From Syntrophaceae bacterium UBA6087 (GTDB lineage Bacteria > Desulfobacterota > Desulfomonilia > UBA1062): a DNA stretch of 64,000 bases. The translations under genes and the position numbers were made by a program. Below the pieces are notes generated by a model, which saw nothing but the letters and a program-made list of their open reading frames with translations, was not told the DNA's origin and did no database searches. Numbering within the stretch: the first letter of the stretch is position 1; every line of letters starts with the position of its first letter. Below are positions 11,610-20,891 of this stretch, one piece after another. The stretch lies in the NCBI GenBank assembly GCA_002448235.1, contig DIXF01000001.1:137136-201135 (forward strand). Reading direction: 5' to 3'.

Positions 11610-13022
11610 TTAGAAGGTGAACTCAAGAGCATTGGCCAGTATGTAAGCCGCATCAGGATCGTCTACGCCGTCAACGTCGTAGTTCATGTCTGCATAGGCT
11701 GCATAAGGCTTGTAGCTCAGGTTTTCGGTGATCTTGTAGTTTGCGCCAACGCCGAGTTCCCAGGCTGTTGCATCTTCATAGTCAGTGTCTTCCTGGTTGG
11801 ACATGACATAGGCTGCATAGGTGGAAATGGTCAGCGGAGCCATGCCTGTCTTGATGTTGTCCACATAGAACTTCAGCATGGTCATACCCTGGAGGTCGTC
11901 TCCGGGGCCGCCCCAGCAGAATTCATCGCCAAGGATGACGGTGGAGTTGAAGTCGTCATCGAAGTCGAATGCGGTGAACTGGGAAATTGTGTTAAGGCTG
12001 GTTGCGGCAGTTGTTGCTGATGCAGCGCCTGCCTGAAGTGCGGCGACCTGTGCTGCCTGGGCAGCGTTGTATGGAAGCGGAACTGCGGCAGCGGCAGCGG
12101 TAGCGGCAGCGGCCTGAGCAGTCAATGCAGCAGAAGTGCCAGCGAAAGAATTTCTGGCGTTCTTGTCAAACGAACCATAAGCAAATACGAAGCCGGGGGT
12201 CATGCTGTCCATTGCTTTCCAGAGGTTAAGGTAATATCCCCAGACCTTCCAGTGCTCTTTCACTGCTACGGTGTCCCATTTCAATTTGTAATCGTTGTAG
12301 TTCAACTCTGTCTCGAAGTTGATGCCGACATCGCCATTGAATGCCAGGGCGAAGTTTTCTCTCTTCAGGTAATCCTCACCGGGCAGAAGGCCGTCGGTGT
12401 CAACATGGAACCAAAGGGGTTTGATGAATACGTTTCCGACCTTACCAATGTAGAAGAGACCATAGTTATCGGAATCGTTATTCTCATCATCAGCATTCTG
12501 GCCAATTGCGCCGTTGTCAGTGATCTTCTCTAATACCTGGCCGAAAGCACCGAGCTTCGTGGTTTCGACGAACTTCACTCTCCAGCGGCCGGTCTTGTCG
12601 TCGCCGAACGTGGTGCCCCACTGGGTGCCGTCCTGGAGACCGACATCAACGGTGAGGACATCGTTGAATTTGTGTTTTACCCATGCGCGCTCGATGGCGA
12701 TGTTGTCGTCATTGGAAGCATCGTTTCCTTTGGTGTTCTCGTCGCCGTCAGCGGCTGCTGCGCCCCAGTAGATGTCGGTGATGGCGAGCTTGAAGTTCAA
12801 TGAGGTGTCTCCAGCCGTGATCTTCGGATAGAGGTTGATATCCTGCTCGTAGAAACCGAAGCTGCTGTCGTTGTAATTTGCATCGGTATCCGGAGCCGAA
12901 TTGTAATTGAACCAATACTTGCCCTCAGCCCAGAAATCACCCGTCATGCTGAATGTCGCCTGTGCATATGCCGAGCCTGCAAAAAGCAACACCAGCATCG
13001 TGGCTAATAAAACTTTCTTCAT
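11610..13022 (-). CDS. Outer-membrane beta-barrel protein (porin-like) with a signal peptide and a C-terminal Phe.
   Basis: Translation begins with a signal peptide, MKKVLLATMLVLLFAGSAYA, and ends ...ALEFTF. There is a low-complexity Ala-rich internal segment encoded by GCGGCAGCG-type hexanucleotide repeats at about 12085-12116. Confidence 0.6.
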   Translation of the reverse strand: MKKVLLATMLVLLFAGSAYAQATFSMTGDFWAEGKYWFNYNSAPDTDANYNDSSFGFYEQDINLYPKITAGDTSLNFKLAITDIYWGAAAADGDENTKGNDASNDDNIAIERAWVKHKFNDVLTVDVGLQDGTQWGTTFGDDKTGRWRVKFVETTKLGAFGQVLEKITDNGAIGQNADDENNDSDNYGLFYIGKVGNVFIKPLWFHVDTDGLLPGEDYLKRENFALAFNGDVGINFETELNYNDYKLKWDTVAVKEHWKVWGYYLNLWKAMDSMTPGFVFAYGSFDKNARNSFAGTSAALTAQAAAATAAAAAVPLPYNAAQAAQVAALQAGAASATTAATSLNTISQFTAFDFDDDFNSTVILGDEFCWGGPGDDLQGMTMLKFYVDNIKTGMAPLTISTYAAYVMSNQEDTDYEDATAWELGVGANYKITENLSYKPYAAYADMNYDVDGVDDPDAAYILANALEFTF

Positions 13023-13481
13023 TTAAAACCCTCCCTCTTATGATTTGTTTTTTTCATTTATCAGGCCCTTGCCCCAACGAGCGTCCCAACAACGACCGAA
13101 ATATAAGGGCCTGTGAAACACGTACGCAAAACTCCATCCGTACATGGTTATACAACTAGCATGCCAAGAAAAAAAGAATTAAAATATCAAGCGATTAAAA
13201 AGGACAGCCTGGCTCGTATGTTAAATTTGCAACACAAAGGACACCTATTGGTTGTAAAAATAATACATGAATTATCAGGAATTATGGCTTTTCAAGGCCC
13301 TGTCAAAAATAATGTGAACGGTGTCGGAATCCCGTCCATATCTTTTTCAAACGTAAAGGCAGTGAGCCCCGGCTCAGGGTTCGCCTTTACCTCAAGTGCA
13401 AAATGGTATAGGTAATTGACACGAGCCCTTTGCGAAGGGACAACCAAGACCTGCCGTGCACCAACACAGTCTGGAGGGGAA

Positions 13482-14840
13482 ATGAATCCGCAGGTGTTCA
13501 GGGAATACGACATAAGAGGCGTTGTAGAGAAGGATCTCGACGAGGAGTTCGTGCGGCATTTCGCTCAGGCGATGGGAGTGTACTGGTCCCGCCAGGGGGT
13601 GAAAAAGGTTTCTCTTGGCATGGACGCCCGGTTGAGCTCTCCCTGGTTCATGGAGATCCTGAAAAAGGGCATAGCGGGAAGCGGCATCGACGTGTTCGAC
13701 CTCGGGATGGTGCCCACGCCGGTGATGTATTTTTCCCTGTTCCGGCTCGACCTGGACGGCGGCATTCAGATCACGGGCTCACACAATCCTGCGGATAACA
13801 ACGGCTTCAAGATAGCCGTAGGCAAGAGCACCATCTACGGCAAGGATATCCTGGACGTCCGCACCGTCATGGAGCAGGGCTCCCGTGTGGAGGGGCAGGG
13901 CAGTATCCGGGAGTACGACATCCTGCCGGAGTATATCGATGATATCGTCTCCCGCATCGGCGAGTGCCCGAAGGCCCTCAAGGTGGTCATCGATCCGGGC
14001 AACGGCGTGGGCGGGGAGTCTGCCATGGAGGTTTGCCGTCGCCTGGGCATGGACGTGAAAGGGATCTGTCTCGAGCCCGACGGCAATTTCCCGAATCACC
14101 ATCCCGACCCGACAACGGTAAGCGGCATCGCCATGCTCCGGGAGGAAGTCCTCAGAAGCGGCGCAGATATCGGCATCGGGCTTGACGGGGATGCGGACCG
14201 CATCGGTGTGGTCGATGCAAAAGGCAATCCCGTGTACGGGGATATGATCACCTCGATCCTCGCCCGGGAGATCCTCAAGCGGCAGCCCGGCGCGAAGATC
14301 ATCGGCGAGGTGAAGTGTTCGAAGGTCTTTTATGACGAGGTGCGCGGGGCTGGGGGAATACCCATCATGGCCAAGGTCGGGCATTCGCCCATGAAGGCCC
14401 GCCTGCATCAGGAAAAGGCTGCCCTGGCAGGGGAGATGAGCGGCCATATATTCTTCCGGGACCGCTGGTACGGGTTCGACGATGCGGTGTATGCCATGGC
14501 CAGGCTCCTGGAGATCCTCTCGGCGGAGGAGAACCCCCAGGCGGTTTTCGACAGGATTCCCAAGATGCACAATACCCCCGAGATCAGGATCGACTGCCCG
14601 GACGAGATCAAGTTCCAGGCAGTGGAGGAATTCAAAGCCTATGCGAAAAGCATATCGACCGATTGTGTGGATATCGACGGGGTGAGGTTTACCCGGGACG
14701 ATTCGTGGGGGCTTGTCAGGCCGTCGAATACCCAGCCGGTGATCGTCTTGAGATTCGAGGCCGGGACAAAAGAAAAGCTCGATGAGATAGAAGGAAACAC
14801 AAAGGCTTACCTCGACGGGATCATCAGAAGGCTCATGTGA
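13482..14840 (+). CDS. Phosphomannomutase/phosphoglucomutase (alpha-D-phosphohexomutase family).
   Basis: The internal start MNPQVFREYDIRG is preceded by the RBS GGAGGGGA. The active-site serine loop reads ITGSHNPADNNGFK. The listed ORF begins earlier, at 13416. Confidence 0.85.
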   Translation: MNPQVFREYDIRGVVEKDLDEEFVRHFAQAMGVYWSRQGVKKVSLGMDARLSSPWFMEILKKGIAGSGIDVFDLGMVPTPVMYFSLFRLDLDGGIQITGSHNPADNNGFKIAVGKSTIYGKDILDVRTVMEQGSRVEGQGSIREYDILPEYIDDIVSRIGECPKALKVVIDPGNGVGGESAMEVCRRLGMDVKGICLEPDGNFPNHHPDPTTVSGIAMLREEVLRSGADIGIGLDGDADRIGVVDAKGNPVYGDMITSILAREILKRQPGAKIIGEVKCSKVFYDEVRGAGGIPIMAKVGHSPMKARLHQEKAALAGEMSGHIFFRDRWYGFDDAVYAMARLLEILSAEENPQAVFDRIPKMHNTPEIRIDCPDEIKFQAVEEFKAYAKSISTDCVDIDGVRFTRDDSWGLVRPSNTQPVIVLRFEAGTKEKLDEIEGNTKAYLDGIIRRLM

Positions 14841-14925
14841 GGATGTACGCGATGTTGCGTGGAGGTATGCTAATGGGATATGGTACATGCACAGTGTAAC
14901 GCAAGAAGGATTGTGAGGTTTAAGA

Positions 14926-15609
14926 ATGATGAATAGAGGAACGACTATTATTGCTGTGTCGGCATTGGTTCTGTTCATAATGCTGCCGGTGCAGATTCTG
15001 TATGCAGCAGGACTCTACGTGCGCGAAAGCTCGAACGCGGCCGTCCGGGAAGCGCCCTACAGCAATTCGAAGATGATCGGGGTAGCAGAGAGCAACGATT
15101 ATCTCGAAATTTTCGAAACGCAGGCCGACTGGTCGAGGATCAAAACCCCCAAGGGGGATGAAGGCTGGGTCCTCAACCGTCTCCTGACCAAGCAGATGCC
15201 CAAGGTCCTGGTGATCAACCAGCTCAATGAGAAGATCAAGGCGCTGACGCAGGAGAATATTACCTTACGGGAAGAGAACACCCAGCTTCAGAGAGACAGC
15301 AGGGAGCGCACGTTCAAAATGAGCGGGGCATCCAGGGAAATAGAAGACATCAAGAGGCAGTACGAGAATCTCAAGCTGGAATCCGGCCAGTATCTTCAGC
15401 TCAAAGACCGTTACACGGAACTCGACAAGCAGTATAAAGCTGCATCGGATACCCTGGTCAAGCTTACCCGGGAGAACTCCAAGCTGAAAACCTCCGAAAG
15501 ACTCATATTCACCCTTCTGGGAGGCGGCTTTATCGTTATCGGCCTCGTCATCGGATCGCTGCTCCAGATGTTCCGCGGAAAGCCGAAGAAGGGCGGGTAT
15601 AAACTCTAG
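14926..15609 (+). CDS. SH3b-domain protein with a coiled coil and a C-terminal membrane anchor (TIGR04211-like architecture).
   Basis: Signal/anchor sequence, an SH3-like segment (YVRESSNAAVREAPYSNSKMIGVAESNDYLEIFE...GWVL), a long coiled coil, and a C-terminal transmembrane segment LIFTLLGGGFIVIGLVIGSLL. Confidence 0.65.
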   Translation: MMNRGTTIIAVSALVLFIMLPVQILYAAGLYVRESSNAAVREAPYSNSKMIGVAESNDYLEIFETQADWSRIKTPKGDEGWVLNRLLTKQMPKVLVINQLNEKIKALTQENITLREENTQLQRDSRERTFKMSGASREIEDIKRQYENLKLESGQYLQLKDRYTELDKQYKAASDTLVKLTRENSKLKTSERLIFTLLGGGFIVIGLVIGSLLQMFRGKPKKGGYKL

Positions 15610-15627
15610 GCATTCAAAGGGGGTTGC

Positions 15628-16626
15628 ATGTTGAAGAAATATGAGAAGGCAAGCGAGCAGGTCTCCATCAAAGGAGTTTTAAAGGCACGGGAAGCCATTT
15701 CTCACTATATCCGGCAGACCAACCTCACGTACTACTCGGAGCTCAGCAGGCTGCTCGGCTGCGATGCCTTTGTCAAGCACGAGAATCACATGCCGACCGG
15801 CTCGTTCAAGATACGGGGCGCCATCAATTTCTTCCATACCATCCCCAAAGAGAAGGTTGAGAGCGGGGTCCTGGTCTCCACCCGGGGAAATCACGGCCTG
15901 GCCATGGCCTGGGCCGCACGGTGGTTCAATGTTCCCTGTACCGTTGTCGTCCCCGAGAACAACAACCCCGAGACCAACCGCATCATCGAAAGCTTCGGCT
16001 CGGAGCTCATCGAGCACGGCAAGGATTTTTACGACGCCCAGTTCTACTGCGACGAGCTTGTCGCCTCCGCAGGGTATTATTACGTGGAGCAGGGCAACGA
16101 GCCCGAGATGCTCAACGGGATCGGAACCATGGGGCTGGAGATCTTCGAAGAGCTGAGCGATGTTGATGTCATTATCTGCCCCATCGGAGGGGGCGCCGGG
16201 TGCGCATCGCTCCTCAAGGTGGCGAGTGCGATCAACCCGGGGGTAGAGATCATCGGGGTCCAGGCGGAAAAAGCACCGGCCTTCTCGCGATCGCTCCAGG
16301 AGGGAGACTGGGTCGTCATCGACAAGGCCGAAACCATAGCGGACGGGTTGGCCGCCCGGAGCGTTTTTCAGCTGCCGTACATGATCATGAAGGACCATAT
16401 CAAAGATGTCGTGCTGCTGACCGAAGACGAGATCCTCGAGGGGATAGGCCTCGCGCTTACAACGACGCATAATCTTGCCGAAGCGGCAGGGTCCGCCTCG
16501 ATCATGGCTGCAATGAAAAGGAAGGAAAAGCTCGCGGGCAAAAAAGTTGCACTGATCATGTCGGGAGGCAATCTCGACAGGAGCCATCTCGATCAGGCCC
16601 TGCAGTATTCGGCGGGCAAGCGGTAA
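15628..16626 (+). CDS. PLP-dependent threonine/serine dehydratase (tryptophan-synthase-beta fold).
   Basis: PLP lysine motif HMPTGSFKIRGAINF and a Gly-rich loop ICPIGGGAG. Length is 332 aa. Confidence 0.75.
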   Translation: MLKKYEKASEQVSIKGVLKAREAISHYIRQTNLTYYSELSRLLGCDAFVKHENHMPTGSFKIRGAINFFHTIPKEKVESGVLVSTRGNHGLAMAWAARWFNVPCTVVVPENNNPETNRIIESFGSELIEHGKDFYDAQFYCDELVASAGYYYVEQGNEPEMLNGIGTMGLEIFEELSDVDVIICPIGGGAGCASLLKVASAINPGVEIIGVQAEKAPAFSRSLQEGDWVVIDKAETIADGLAARSVFQLPYMIMKDHIKDVVLLTEDEILEGIGLALTTTHNLAEAAGSASIMAAMKRKEKLAGKKVALIMSGGNLDRSHLDQALQYSAGKR

Positions 16627-16628
16627 GG

Positions 16629-17549
16629 CTATTCTTCCGCTTCGAAATCGTCCAGGGAATCGAAGTAGGATTCCCACCGTGCGTTGATAAGCTTCTGGAC
16701 CCGTTCGATCTCTTCTTCGGGCACGAGGGTGAATCTGCCCTGCGACTTGAAATATTCCCGCACCGGCAGCAGCTTTCTCTTGTCCATGAGCTTGCGCGAC
16801 GCGCCGGTGTGGCGCAAACGGCCGTGTTCTCTTTCCCAGAGCTCGAACAGGCCTGTCTCCACGGCGAGCTTGCCTACCTTGACCGAATATCGCGGTTCGA
16901 ATCCCCATCCGGGCGGGCACGGGGTGTGAATATGGATGTATTTTACGCCCGAGAAGGTCAATGCCTTCCGGATCTTGTCATAGAGGTCCAGCGGATAGGC
17001 CGCCGAGGTGGTTGCGACATATTCGATCTCGTGGGCTGCCATGATGGCCGCCACGTCCTTCTTGGCCTGGAGCTTTCCTTTGATGGGCGTATTCGCCGTG
17101 ATCGCTCCCTTAGGCGTCGTGCCCGAGCGCTGGACGCCGGTGTTCATATACCCCTCGTTGTCGTAGCAGATATAAAGGAAGTCATCGCCCCGTTCGCACG
17201 CCCCAGAGAGCGCCTGAAGGCCGATGTCGCTCGTGCCGCCGTCTCCTGCCCATCCCACGACGTTGATCCCTTTCTTCCCCTGGGACCTCAAGGCAGCGAG
17301 CACGCCGGTGGATGCCGCGGCGGTGGAGGCAAAGGTGACGTTCAATGACGGGATCTTCGTTGCGGCAATGGGGTAGAGCCCCTGGAGCACGGTCAGGCAG
17401 CTCGGCGGCACCACGATGATCGTGTCGGCGCCGAGCGCCTTGAGCCCTATCCGGTAGGCGATGCCAAGGCCGCATCCTGCGCATGCCCTGTTGCCGGGGT
17501 GTACGAGTTCCTCTTCGGGAAGGCTCAAGATATTGGTTTTTACCTGCAT
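16629..17549 (-). CDS. 2-oxoacid:ferredoxin oxidoreductase, beta subunit (TPP-binding).
   Basis: The N-terminus ...HPGNRACAGCGLGIAY and a GDGG region are typical of the PorB/VorB TPP-binding subunit. Confidence 0.85.
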   Translation of the reverse strand: MQVKTNILSLPEEELVHPGNRACAGCGLGIAYRIGLKALGADTIIVVPPSCLTVLQGLYPIAATKIPSLNVTFASTAAASTGVLAALRSQGKKGINVVGWAGDGGTSDIGLQALSGACERGDDFLYICYDNEGYMNTGVQRSGTTPKGAITANTPIKGKLQAKKDVAAIMAAHEIEYVATTSAAYPLDLYDKIRKALTFSGVKYIHIHTPCPPGWGFEPRYSVKVGKLAVETGLFELWEREHGRLRHTGASRKLMDKRKLLPVREYFKSQGRFTLVPEEEIERVQKLINARWESYFDSLDDFEAEE

Positions 17550-17594
17550 CGTATGTAAGATCTCCTCTTTTTAGGGATCGAGTCTGTTTCGATA

Positions 17595-18800
17595 CTAAAA
17601 TTTAAGCCCGATCCATCTGGTTTCTTCGCCCTTCATGCCGTCCGGTGAGCATGATGACTTGAAGGCCTCGTAAAGATGATGCGTGGCGATCTCTCTTCCG
17701 CCGAGTCCGAGTATGTAGTTCACGATGGACGGACGGGCGCTGCTGTCTTGCGTGTGGCGGTACAGCGCCGACTTGATATCCGAGGTCAGTGCGCCCTGGT
17801 ACCCGTAGCTCAACGCCTTTTCGAATATGATGACGCCCCTGCAGGAGCTCAGAGCCTGTGCGATGATCTCCGCCGGGAAGGGCCGGTAGAGGTGCACGCT
17901 CATGACGCCGGCCTTTATCCCCTCGCCCCTGAGCATGTCCACCACATCGCGCAGGTGATAGGAGAGCGAGCCCAGGCTCACTGCGACATATTCGGCGTCT
18001 TCGCAGAGATACGGTTCGATGAAGGGAGCGCCGCCCCGTCCGAACACGGACGCGAACCGCTCGTCGATTTTTTTCAGCGCGGGTATGGCATCGAGCATGC
18101 TCTTGTGGAGCAGGTACCTGATCTCCATGTATCCGTGCGCCATATCTCCCCGGATATCCGGCCGGACATCGGGCAGGGTTACGGTGTTGAGGTTTGCAGG
18201 CCTCTTCGGATCGAGGCTGTAGGCCGGGTTGTAGGGAGGGAGGAACCTGTCCGTGAGCGAAGAGTCGGGTACATCGAAGGGCATGTACGTATGGGAGAGG
18301 AGGTATCCGTCATAGCAGACCATCACCGGAACCATGACCTCTTCGGCCAGCAGGAACGCCTTGAGCACGGTATCGATGATCTGCTGGTGGTCGTTCGCAT
18401 AAAGCTGAATCCACCCCGTGTCGCGCTGGGAGATGGAGTCCTGGTGGTCGTTCCAGACCGTCCAGGGGGCTCCGACGCCCCTGTTGACCACGCACATGAC
18501 AAGGGGGAGCCTGGCGCCGGCAGCCCAGTGGATCTGCTCGTGCATGTAGAGCAGCCCGTTGGCGGACGTTGCGGTAAAGGCCCTGGCGCCTGTGGAAGCG
18601 GCTGCTATGCATACGGCCAGCGCGCTGTGCTCGCTCTCAACAGGAATGTACTCCGCATCCATTTCTCCCGACTCGATATACTCCGAGAGCTTTTCCGTGA
18701 GCGGCGTCTGGGGCGTTATGGGGTATGCTGCAATGACTCTGGCCCTGGCAAGCTTTACCCCCAGCGCTGCGGCCACATTTCCGGATTCGATCACTTGCAT
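17595..18800 (-). CDS. 2-oxoacid:ferredoxin oxidoreductase, alpha subunit.
   Basis: 401-aa translation beginning MQVIESGNVAAALGVKLARARVIAAYPITPQT..., typical of PorA/VorA. Its stop overlaps the delta subunit gene. Confidence 0.85.
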   Translation of the reverse strand: MQVIESGNVAAALGVKLARARVIAAYPITPQTPLTEKLSEYIESGEMDAEYIPVESEHSALAVCIAAASTGARAFTATSANGLLYMHEQIHWAAGARLPLVMCVVNRGVGAPWTVWNDHQDSISQRDTGWIQLYANDHQQIIDTVLKAFLLAEEVMVPVMVCYDGYLLSHTYMPFDVPDSSLTDRFLPPYNPAYSLDPKRPANLNTVTLPDVRPDIRGDMAHGYMEIRYLLHKSMLDAIPALKKIDERFASVFGRGGAPFIEPYLCEDAEYVAVSLGSLSYHLRDVVDMLRGEGIKAGVMSVHLYRPFPAEIIAQALSSCRGVIIFEKALSYGYQGALTSDIKSALYRHTQDSSARPSIVNYILGLGGREIATHHLYEAFKSSCSPDGMKGEETRWIGLKF

Positions 18801-19114
18801 GGGTCTTCTTCAGCTCCTTCGAGGAAACTCGATTCATCCACCATGGTGATTGCCTTGGTGGGACATTCCTGGGCGCATATCCCGCAGCCCTTGCAGTATT
18901 CATAATCGATTTTCGGCGGAATCCCCCGGGTGATCACCCCGTCCGGGCAGTAGAGCCAGCAGATGTAGCAGGCCGGGGCGTTCCTCTTTCCGGGCGTGCA
19001 GATCTGCGGGTCGAGAACGGGCCGTGCGATCCTCCACGATCCGGTCTTTCCGGCGTCGCCCGGTCCGGCCTCGCTGAAGGAGATGTCTTTGCAGTAGTTT
19101 TTTTTGTCTTTCAA
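18791..19114 (-). CDS. 2-oxoacid:ferredoxin oxidoreductase, delta subunit (2x[4Fe-4S] ferredoxin).
   Basis: Two Cys clusters, CYICWLYCPDG and CKGCGICAQECP. Length is 107 aa. Confidence 0.8.
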   Translation of the reverse strand: MKDKKNYCKDISFSEAGPGDAGKTGSWRIARPVLDPQICTPGKRNAPACYICWLYCPDGVITRGIPPKIDYEYCKGCGICAQECPTKAITMVDESSFLEGAEEDPCK

Positions 19115-19677
19115 CGGGGGCCTCCGATGATGGTGTTCTCATAGCAGAGCAGGGCTGCACGGGCATTTTCCTTTGGCCTCCTGCCGCTGAATTCTTCTTC
19201 GATGGCACTGGTCAGGCCGTCCATCGCGACAAAGTGCGCGGCTTTCGCGAATGCCCCGATGATGCCGCTGTTGACCACCCCGGCAGGAAGGCCTGCCCTG
19301 ACCGACAGATCGGTCACATCGGCAACGGCAATTTTCCTCCCGTTAAAGGAATAATTTGCCGGTTGACGGGGGGAATTGATGACGATGAGGCCGTCCTTTT
19401 TGAGCCCCGAAGCTACATCGACCTCTTCAAGCAGAAGGTAGTCGAGGACCACCACGATGTCGGGCCTGGTCGTGGGCGAGAGGTCGAATATCTTGTCTTT
19501 CGACACCTTGAGAGAGGTGAAGACAGGAGCTCCCCTTCTCTCGGTGCCGAAGGTCGGGATCATTGCAACGCCGGTATAGCCTGCAGCGAACATCGCCTTT
19601 GCCACTATCTTTGCAGCGGTTATTGCTCCCTGTCCGCCTCTCCCGTGCCACCTTATCTCGATGCATTCTCTTTCCAT
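19111..19677 (-). CDS. 2-oxoacid:ferredoxin oxidoreductase, gamma subunit.
   Basis: [20 protein letters not shown]... is the conserved gamma-subunit N-terminus. The gene is ATGA-coupled to the delta subunit gene. Confidence 0.85.
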   Translation of the reverse strand: MERECIEIRWHGRGGQGAITAAKIVAKAMFAAGYTGVAMIPTFGTERRGAPVFTSLKVSKDKIFDLSPTTRPDIVVVLDYLLLEEVDVASGLKKDGLIVINSPRQPANYSFNGRKIAVADVTDLSVRAGLPAGVVNSGIIGAFAKAAHFVAMDGLTSAIEEEFSGRRPKENARAALLCYENTIIGGPR

Positions 19678-19910
19678 AGCTCACCTACCCGTGATTATCG
19701 GCAGCATACAGGAGGGACTCCCGCAGCATTCGAATCCGGCCGCGTAAAACTATACACTAGTTGCGGTATTTAATCAACGGAGGCGAATCAGGGCAGGGCA
19801 GTACCGGGTAGAACTCTTTGAGGAAGCGCCCGGCCCTGCCAAGGCACGCACCTTGCATAATTATCAGGCATGTTTACAGGGAAGAGGTTTTCACCAGAGG
19901 AGGAGATATC

Positions 19911-20891
19911 ATGATCAGCAGGGAAGCCAGAAGGGTCCGAAGCAAAGAAGGTTTTATCCCGGACGACCTGTCGCAGAACAGGTCGCTGGCGCTTTTCACC
20001 GAGAGCATCGTCTCTCTGCTGTCGAGTCCTTCCCTGAGCAGCGCCATGATCGATCTCGTATCCCTGATGGGGCAGACATTCCCACTGGCCGCGCCCGCGC
20101 TCTACATCAGCATGAATGGGTCCCAGGCACAGGCATATTCCGTGCTCGACCGAAACGGGGTCGGGCCGGGCGATGCCGGGAGGGTATTGGGGCACAACCG
20201 CTTCAACTATATCCCGGTCCCGGTGGGAGGCCATCCTCCGCTCATACAGCGCCGGGTCGATATGCTGCTCGTTGATACTCCTGTCACCAAGGTTGTCCTG
20301 TCGATAAACTCAGGAATCCATGACGGAATATTCCGCGAATGGGTCAAAATCTTGACGCCGGCCGTTTCCAAGCTCATGGACAATGAGGTGCTCCTCAAGA
20401 TGGCCTACCGGGACGGGCTTACGGGCCTGCTCAACTTTCGTGCATTCGAGGAGATGCTCTATGCGGAAGAGGATAGGGCGCGAAGATACCGGACGGCATT
20501 CTCCGTTATGATGGTAGATGTCGACTGGTTCAAGAAAATCAACGACAGCTACGGCCACCAGATAGGCGACGTGGTGCTGAAGTCGCTTTCAGACAGGCTT
20601 ATCCACTGCGTCCGGAAGAGCGACAGCGTATTCAGGTACGGAGGGGAGGAGTTTGCCGTTATACTTCCCCACACAGGCCTTCTCAAAGCCGTTAAGCTGG
20701 CAGAAAGGATCCGGTACATGGTCGAGAAGACGGATTTCATCGCCGGTCTGCATATCACCGTGAGCATCGGGATCAGCGAATATGAAGAGGGTCTGGAGAC
20801 CTGCGACCTGGTCAAGCAGGCCGACAAGGGCCTTTATCTGGCGAAGGAACGCGGGCGGAACCGTGTTGAGATGATGAAAGGCGTTTCATGA
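19911..20891 (+). CDS. Diguanylate cyclase (GGDEF domain) with an N-terminal sensory, GAF-like region.
   Basis: The ATG at 19911 follows the RBS GAGGAGGAG; the listed ORF starts upstream at a TTG. The GGDEF core reads RYGGEEFAVILP, with LTGLLNFRAFEE and DVDWFKKINDSYGHQIGD. Confidence 0.85.
   Translation: MISREARRVRSKEGFIPDDLSQNRSLALFTESIVSLLSSPSLSSAMIDLVSLMGQTFPLAAPALYISMNGSQAQAYSVLDRNGVGPGDAGRVLGHNRFNYIPVPVGGHPPLIQRRVDMLLVDTPVTKVVLSINSGIHDGIFREWVKILTPAVSKLMDNEVLLKMAYRDGLTGLLNFRAFEEMLYAEEDRARRYRTAFSVMMVDVDWFKKINDSYGHQIGDVVLKSLSDRLIHCVRKSDSVFRYGGEEFAVILPHTGLLKAVKLAERIRYMVEKTDFIAGLHITVSIGISEYEEGLETCDLVKQADKGLYLAKERGRNRVEMMKGVS

Noticed and set aside
13113-13415. 100-aa ORF in the AT-rich spacer between the porin and phosphomannomutase genes.
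   Set aside because: The region is AT-rich promoter-like DNA between divergent genes. The ORF has no RBS and no motif, and it ends immediately before the clear phosphomannomutase RBS. It is most likely non-coding.
13779-14978. 399-aa ORF on the minus strand.
   Set aside because: It is antisense to the phosphomannomutase gene, which has its active site GSHNP on the plus strand. It has shadow-ORF composition (rich in R, P, G, H, D).
15679-16920. 413-aa ORF on the minus strand; also 17676..18905 (+) and 21949..23811 (-).
   Set aside because: All three run antisense through well-supported genes (PLP dehydratase and OFOR beta; OFOR alpha; penicillin-binding protein). Their composition is Arg/Gly/Pro-rich and they have no recognisable domains.
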